From Clostridia bacterium (GTDB lineage Bacteria > Bacillota > Clostridia > Christensenellales > CAG-1252): a DNA stretch of 52,074 nucleotides. The stretch is taken from NCBI GenBank assembly GCA_017463565.1, contig JAFTOZ010000113.1, forward strand, positions 1-52,074. Reading direction: 5' to 3'. The notes under the pieces are model-generated. The model did not search any database and had not been told where the DNA came from. It saw only the letters and a list, made by a program, of their open reading frames with translations. The translations under genes and the position numbers were made by a program. Numbering within the stretch: position 1 is the first letter of the stretch; every line of letters begins with the position of its first letter. This document shows, piece by piece, positions 48,971 through 52,074 of the stretch.

Positions 48971-50062
48971 TTATAGCACCTTGGACAAAAACTCGCGGAA
49001 ACGGGGCGTTTGGGGGTTAGAAAAGAGTTCTTCGGGAGTGCCTTCCTCGGTGATTTTGCCAGAGGACATAAACACGAGGCGGGTGGCGACTTCTTTGGCG
49101 AATTCCATTTCGTGGGTGACGATGATCATGGTCATTCCGCTGGCGGCTACCTCGCGAATGAGATCTAAAACCTCGCCCACCATTTCGGGGTCGAGGGCGG
49201 AGGTGGGCTCGTCGAAAAGCATGACCTTGGGCTGCATAGCTAAGGCGCGAATGATGGCGATACGCTGTTGCTGACCGCCCGAGAGGGTGGAGGGATAGCT
49301 GGCGGCCTTGTCGAGAAGGTCGATACGCGCAAGCAATTGCAGGGCACGCTCTTTTTCTTGCACTTTGATTTGTTTACTGCTCTGCCCGGAAAGGTCCACT
49401 TGCTCGATAGGTTGGGGCAGGGTGTTGCGGTCCAGGCGGCGTTGGGCCTGGCGGATAGCGTGCTCTATGCGCTGATAGCGGCGGTTGAGCTTTTTGTTGT
49501 AGGTGACCTTGCGCTTGCCGGCGGTTTCTTCTACCTTGGCGGTGGCCTCTCGCGCCTCGGCGATGGGGGCAAGGCGAGAAGTCAGTAGGTCAATACGGGC
49601 AGAAAGGTGGGGGGCAGTCTTTTGCACCTTGCGTTGGTAGTAGGCGGAAAAGAGTCGGATATGCGCGTTGTAGAGGGGCGCAAACGCATTGCGCAGGTGG
49701 CACAGGCGCAGGGCTGCTATGCGCAACTTGACGGGGGCGAGCATAATGTTTTGCAACACGGTGAGGTTGGCAAACAGGTTGAAGGATTGGAATACCATAC
49801 CGATATTCTCTCGCTGACGGTTGATATTCACCCCAAGGTCGGTGAGGTCGGTATCTCCGAAAAAGATACGGCCCGAGGTGGGGTCTTCCAAAACGTTCAG
49901 GCAACGCAAAAAAGTGGATTTGCCGCCGCCCGAGGGACCGATGATGGCAACACGCTCTCCTTCGTAGACGGTGGTGGAGATGTCGTCCAAAACCAAGAGG
50001 TCACCAAAAGATTTGGTGAGGTGGTCGATACGTAGAATGGGCTTTTTGGTTGAAGTTTCCAT
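48971..50062 (-). CDS. Polar amino-acid ABC transporter ATP-binding protein with a ~115-120 aa insertion
   Basis: Walker [11 protein letters not shown]-loop MVFQSFNLF, signature LSGGQQQR, Walker [12 protein letters not shown] and H-loop THEM. It is 363 aa, whereas I recall ~240 aa as typical. Confidence 0.9.
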   Translation of the reverse strand: METSTKKPILRIDHLTKSFGDLLVLDDISTTVYEGERVAIIGPSGGGKSTFLRCLNVLEDPTSGRIFFGDTDLTDLGVNINRQRENIGMVFQSFNLFANLTVLQNIMLAPVKLRIAALRLCHLRNAFAPLYNAHIRLFSAYYQRKVQKTAPHLSARIDLLTSRLAPIAEAREATAKVEETAGKRKVTYNKKLNRRYQRIEHAIRQAQRRLDRNTLPQPIEQVDLSGQSSKQIKVQEKERALQLLARIDLLDKAASYPSTLSGGQQQRIAIIRALAMQPKVMLFDEPTSALDPEMVGEVLDLIREVAASGMTMIIVTHEMEFAKEVATRLVFMSSGKITEEGTPEELFSNPQTPRFREFLSKVL

Positions 50063-50071
50063 ATTGTCCTC

Positions 50072-50776
50072 CTATGCGCGCTTGCGCAGTTGCTTTTCGA
50101 GCAACTTCAAAAGGGCGGTGATGACCAAGATGAGCACAAGATAGATGACCGCCAGGAAAAGATAGGGGATCATAAATTCGTAGTGTTCGCTGCCGACCTT
50201 GGTGACTGCGTTGTAGAGGTCAAGGGCACCCACGAAGGAGACTACGGAAGTTTCCTTGACGAGGGAGATGAGTTCGTTGCCGAGGGTGGGCAGGGTGTTG
50301 CGAAAGGCTTGGGGAAGAATGACACGCCCCATAGTGCCTGCGTAGCTAAGACCCAGCGCACGGCCCGCCTCCAGTTGTCCTTTGGGGACGGAGAGAATGC
50401 CACCTCGCATAATTTCGGCAACGTAGGCACCGCTGTTTAGACCGAAAATGATAATGCAGGAGGTTTCGGCGGTAAGCGCATCCAAGCCCAACAGAGGCTT
50501 GAGGAAGTACCAACCAATCAAGAGTTGTGCGACGATGGGGGTGCCACGGAAAAGGGCAATATAGGCATCGGCAAGACGAGAAAGGACACGTTGCCACATA
50601 CGGTAGGGGGGCAACAGTTTGGCAAGCGCCAAAAGGGCGCCGATGGCTAAACCCAAAAGAAAGCCGAATCCGGCTATCTGGAGGGTGTTGAGAAGTCCTT
50701 GGACAACGTCCTGTCCGTAGGAGGGCAGGGTTTCCCAAAAGACGTTCCATTTGGCGGTGAGAATTTCTATGGTCAT
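50072..50776 (-). CDS. Amino-acid ABC transporter permease (His/Glu/Gln/Arg/opine family)
   Basis: Five TM segments and an EAA-like loop (EAGRALGLSYAGTMGRVILPQA). The start is ATG 50776. The TTG at 50794 lies inside a hairpin. Confidence 0.85.
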   Translation of the reverse strand: MTIEILTAKWNVFWETLPSYGQDVVQGLLNTLQIAGFGFLLGLAIGALLALAKLLPPYRMWQRVLSRLADAYIALFRGTPIVAQLLIGWYFLKPLLGLDALTAETSCIIIFGLNSGAYVAEIMRGGILSVPKGQLEAGRALGLSYAGTMGRVILPQAFRNTLPTLGNELISLVKETSVVSFVGALDLYNAVTKVGSEHYEFMIPYLFLAVIYLVLILVITALLKLLEKQLRKRA

Positions 50777-50788
50777 ATGCAGTAGATG

Positions 50789-50809
50789 GGGCAACCACTT
50801 GGGTTGCCC
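50789..50809 (-). promoter_or_regulatory. Intercistronic stem-loop between the binding-protein and permease genes
   Basis: GGGCAACC / GGTTGCCC with a 5-nt loop and no U-tail. Confidence 0.4.
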
Positions 50810-50840
50810 TCGAACGAACGGTTATTCTGTTTCCCTGGGA

Positions 50841-51695
50841 TTATGCAAGATACTCAAAGGGAGAGAAGGGTACGTTGGTGAGTACGACCAGTTGCTTTTT
50901 GGTGGGGTCGTAGGTGCCGCCTGCCACACCCGTGGGGGTGCCTTTGCCCTCGAAGTACTTTGCCATGAGGGTGGCGAAGGTGCCGTTTTCTTTGATCTTG
51001 GCAAGATAGTCGTTGACGGCGGTGAGCAACTCGGTGTTGTTGGGATTGACGGCGTAGGCATACTCCTCGCTGGTGAGGGGTACGTCGATCAGTTTGAGGG
51101 CATTGCCGTTGAGTTTGTTGATATTCTTGACGATGGCCTCGGCAGGAGCGGCGTCAACCACCACGGCAGATAGGGTACCGTTGATGAGGTCTTGGGCGGC
51201 AAGGGCTGCGGTGTTGTATTCGTGGCAGGAGGTGGGGAAGCCGGTGAAGCCCCAATCTGCTGACCCTTCTACGTACAGGGTGCCGGTGGTGCCCTTTTGG
51301 GTGCCAATCTTGTAGGAAGAGGTTTTACCGTTCAGAATGGCCTCCACCTCGGCGGCGGTGGTGCAGGCGTCAAAGGTGGTGTCGCTTGCTTTGACGATGA
51401 TTTTTTGGCTGGCGGAATAGTAGGTGGAACTGAAATTGACGATTTCGGCACGCTTTTCGCTATAGGTCAGACCTGCCATCACGATGCCGTTGGTGTAGTT
51501 GGAAACCTCGGTGCAGATGGTGTCGAAGTTGAGCCAGTTGATGATGACGAGTTCCATACCAAGCTCTTGTGCCAAACCTTGGGCAATCTCCATATCCAAG
51601 CCGTAGTAGAGAGGCTCGTTCTCTTGGTTGCAAGCGGTAAGACTGCAAGTTAATACCAATAATACGCAGATGATAATAATACTGATTTTTTTCAT
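50841..51695 (-). CDS. Amino-acid ABC transporter substrate-binding lipoprotein
   Basis: The start is trimmed to ATG 51695 (MKKISIIIICVLLVLTCSLTAC), preceded by AAGGAG. The sequence looks like a type 3 periplasmic binding-protein fold. Confidence 0.85.
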   Translation of the reverse strand: MKKISIIIICVLLVLTCSLTACNQENEPLYYGLDMEIAQGLAQELGMELVIINWLNFDTICTEVSNYTNGIVMAGLTYSEKRAEIVNFSSTYYSASQKIIVKASDTTFDACTTAAEVEAILNGKTSSYKIGTQKGTTGTLYVEGSADWGFTGFPTSCHEYNTAALAAQDLINGTLSAVVVDAAPAEAIVKNINKLNGNALKLIDVPLTSEEYAYAVNPNNTELLTAVNDYLAKIKENGTFATLMAKYFEGKGTPTGVAGGTYDPTKKQLVVLTNVPFSPFEYLA

Positions 51696-51734
51696 AATAT
51701 CTCCTTTGGGTTTCCCCAGAACAATCCACATAAA

Positions 51735-51763
51735 GTTATATCGCAGTTTTGCATATTTGACAA
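51735..51763 (-). promoter_or_regulatory. Promoter TTGTCA-17-TATAAC for the ABC operon
   Basis: On the minus strand, TTGTCA (51763-51758), a 17-nt spacer, then TATAAC (51740-51735). Confidence 0.55.
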
Positions 51764-51865
51764 ATGTTTTTGGGGTGATTTTGTATATTCTTTTATTTTT
51801 GTGTGTATATTTGCAGGTATTATGAATATTTATACAATAATTATTCAAAAAAAATAATCTATGCA

Positions 51866-51898
51866 TTAGCGTGTTATCCATAACGGAGAACACGCTAA
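51866..51898 (-). terminator. 10-bp stem hairpin, possible minus-strand terminator closing the upstream array
   Basis: TTAGCGTGTT / AACACGCTAA with a 13-nt loop. The minus-strand T8 run begins 11 nt after the stem, which is atypically far. Confidence 0.35.
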
Positions 51899-51900
51899 AC

Positions 51901-52074
51901 TAAGTTTGCCCTTTGGGCAAGTGAAGTTATCTACGATAGTGAAGTTCACTTTGTGAGTGAAGTTTCGCCTGACGGCGAAGTGATGGGCAAACTTAACTTC
52001 ACTTGTGCGTAGCACAAACTTCACTGCGTAGCAACTTCACTTTTGCGATAGCAAAAACTTCACTAACAGAAAAA
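51901..52074. repeat. Array of AGTGAAGTT (x3, plus one degenerate copy) and its complement AACTTCACT (x4) alternating with mini-hairpins, truncated by the window end
   Basis: Forward octamers GTGAAGTT are at 51921, 51939 and 51957, with a degenerate copy at 51980. Reverse octamers AACTTCAC are at 51995, 52017, 52033 and 52056. Palindromic spacers lie between them. Confidence 0.85.

Noticed and set aside
1-52074. Mobile element, prophage, genomic island or defence system
   Set aside because: I looked for integrase, transposase, reverse transcriptase, Cas, restriction-modification, toxin-antitoxin and phage structural genes, and for a flanking tRNA, in all six frames of the ORF track. None was recognisable, and gene content and synteny are core-chromosome-like.

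Overview
The window looks like a chromosomal segment of a GC-rich, endospore-forming Firmicute (Clostridia-like). I base this on spoVT, spmA/spmB, cwlD, a CotH-family gene and a sigH-like sigma factor, plus two Bacillus-like syntenic blocks: spoVT-yabM-yabN-dus and mrnC-rlmB-sigH. About 44 protein genes are supportable, most on the minus strand. They are housekeeping, envelope and sporulation genes: thyA, dus, rlmB, secG, signal peptidase I, comEC, comFC, a P-type ATPase and an amino-acid ABC transporter. There are also several lipoproteins and surface proteins: a type I pullulanase, a CotH lipoprotein, a GLUG/Fn3 lipoprotein and a 1685-aa repeat adhesin. I saw no tRNA, rRNA, CRISPR array, integrase, transposase, prophage or recognisable defence genes. 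The most unusual signals are these. (1) Two non-coding arrays (36198-36559, and 51901-52074 at the window edge) alternate a constant octamer (GTGAARTY, or RAYTTCAC on the other strand) with mini-hairpins. The stems differ but always pair, and the loops are mostly G-N-A/GNRA on one strand. (2) A PAP2 lipid phosphatase carries a 222-aa C-terminal tail of CCCH/CHCH clusters (about 55 Cys by hand count). (3) A membrane-tethered LuxR regulator sits next to a small-protein plus giant-adhesin operon with extracellular Cys-rich modules. (4) A polar amino-acid ABC ATPase has a ~115-120 aa basic insertion. (5) Two genes have promoters placed for leaderless mRNAs. (6) There are paired perfect DnaA boxes and duplicated terminator modules. 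All functional calls rest on motif recognition by eye. No database searches were run.
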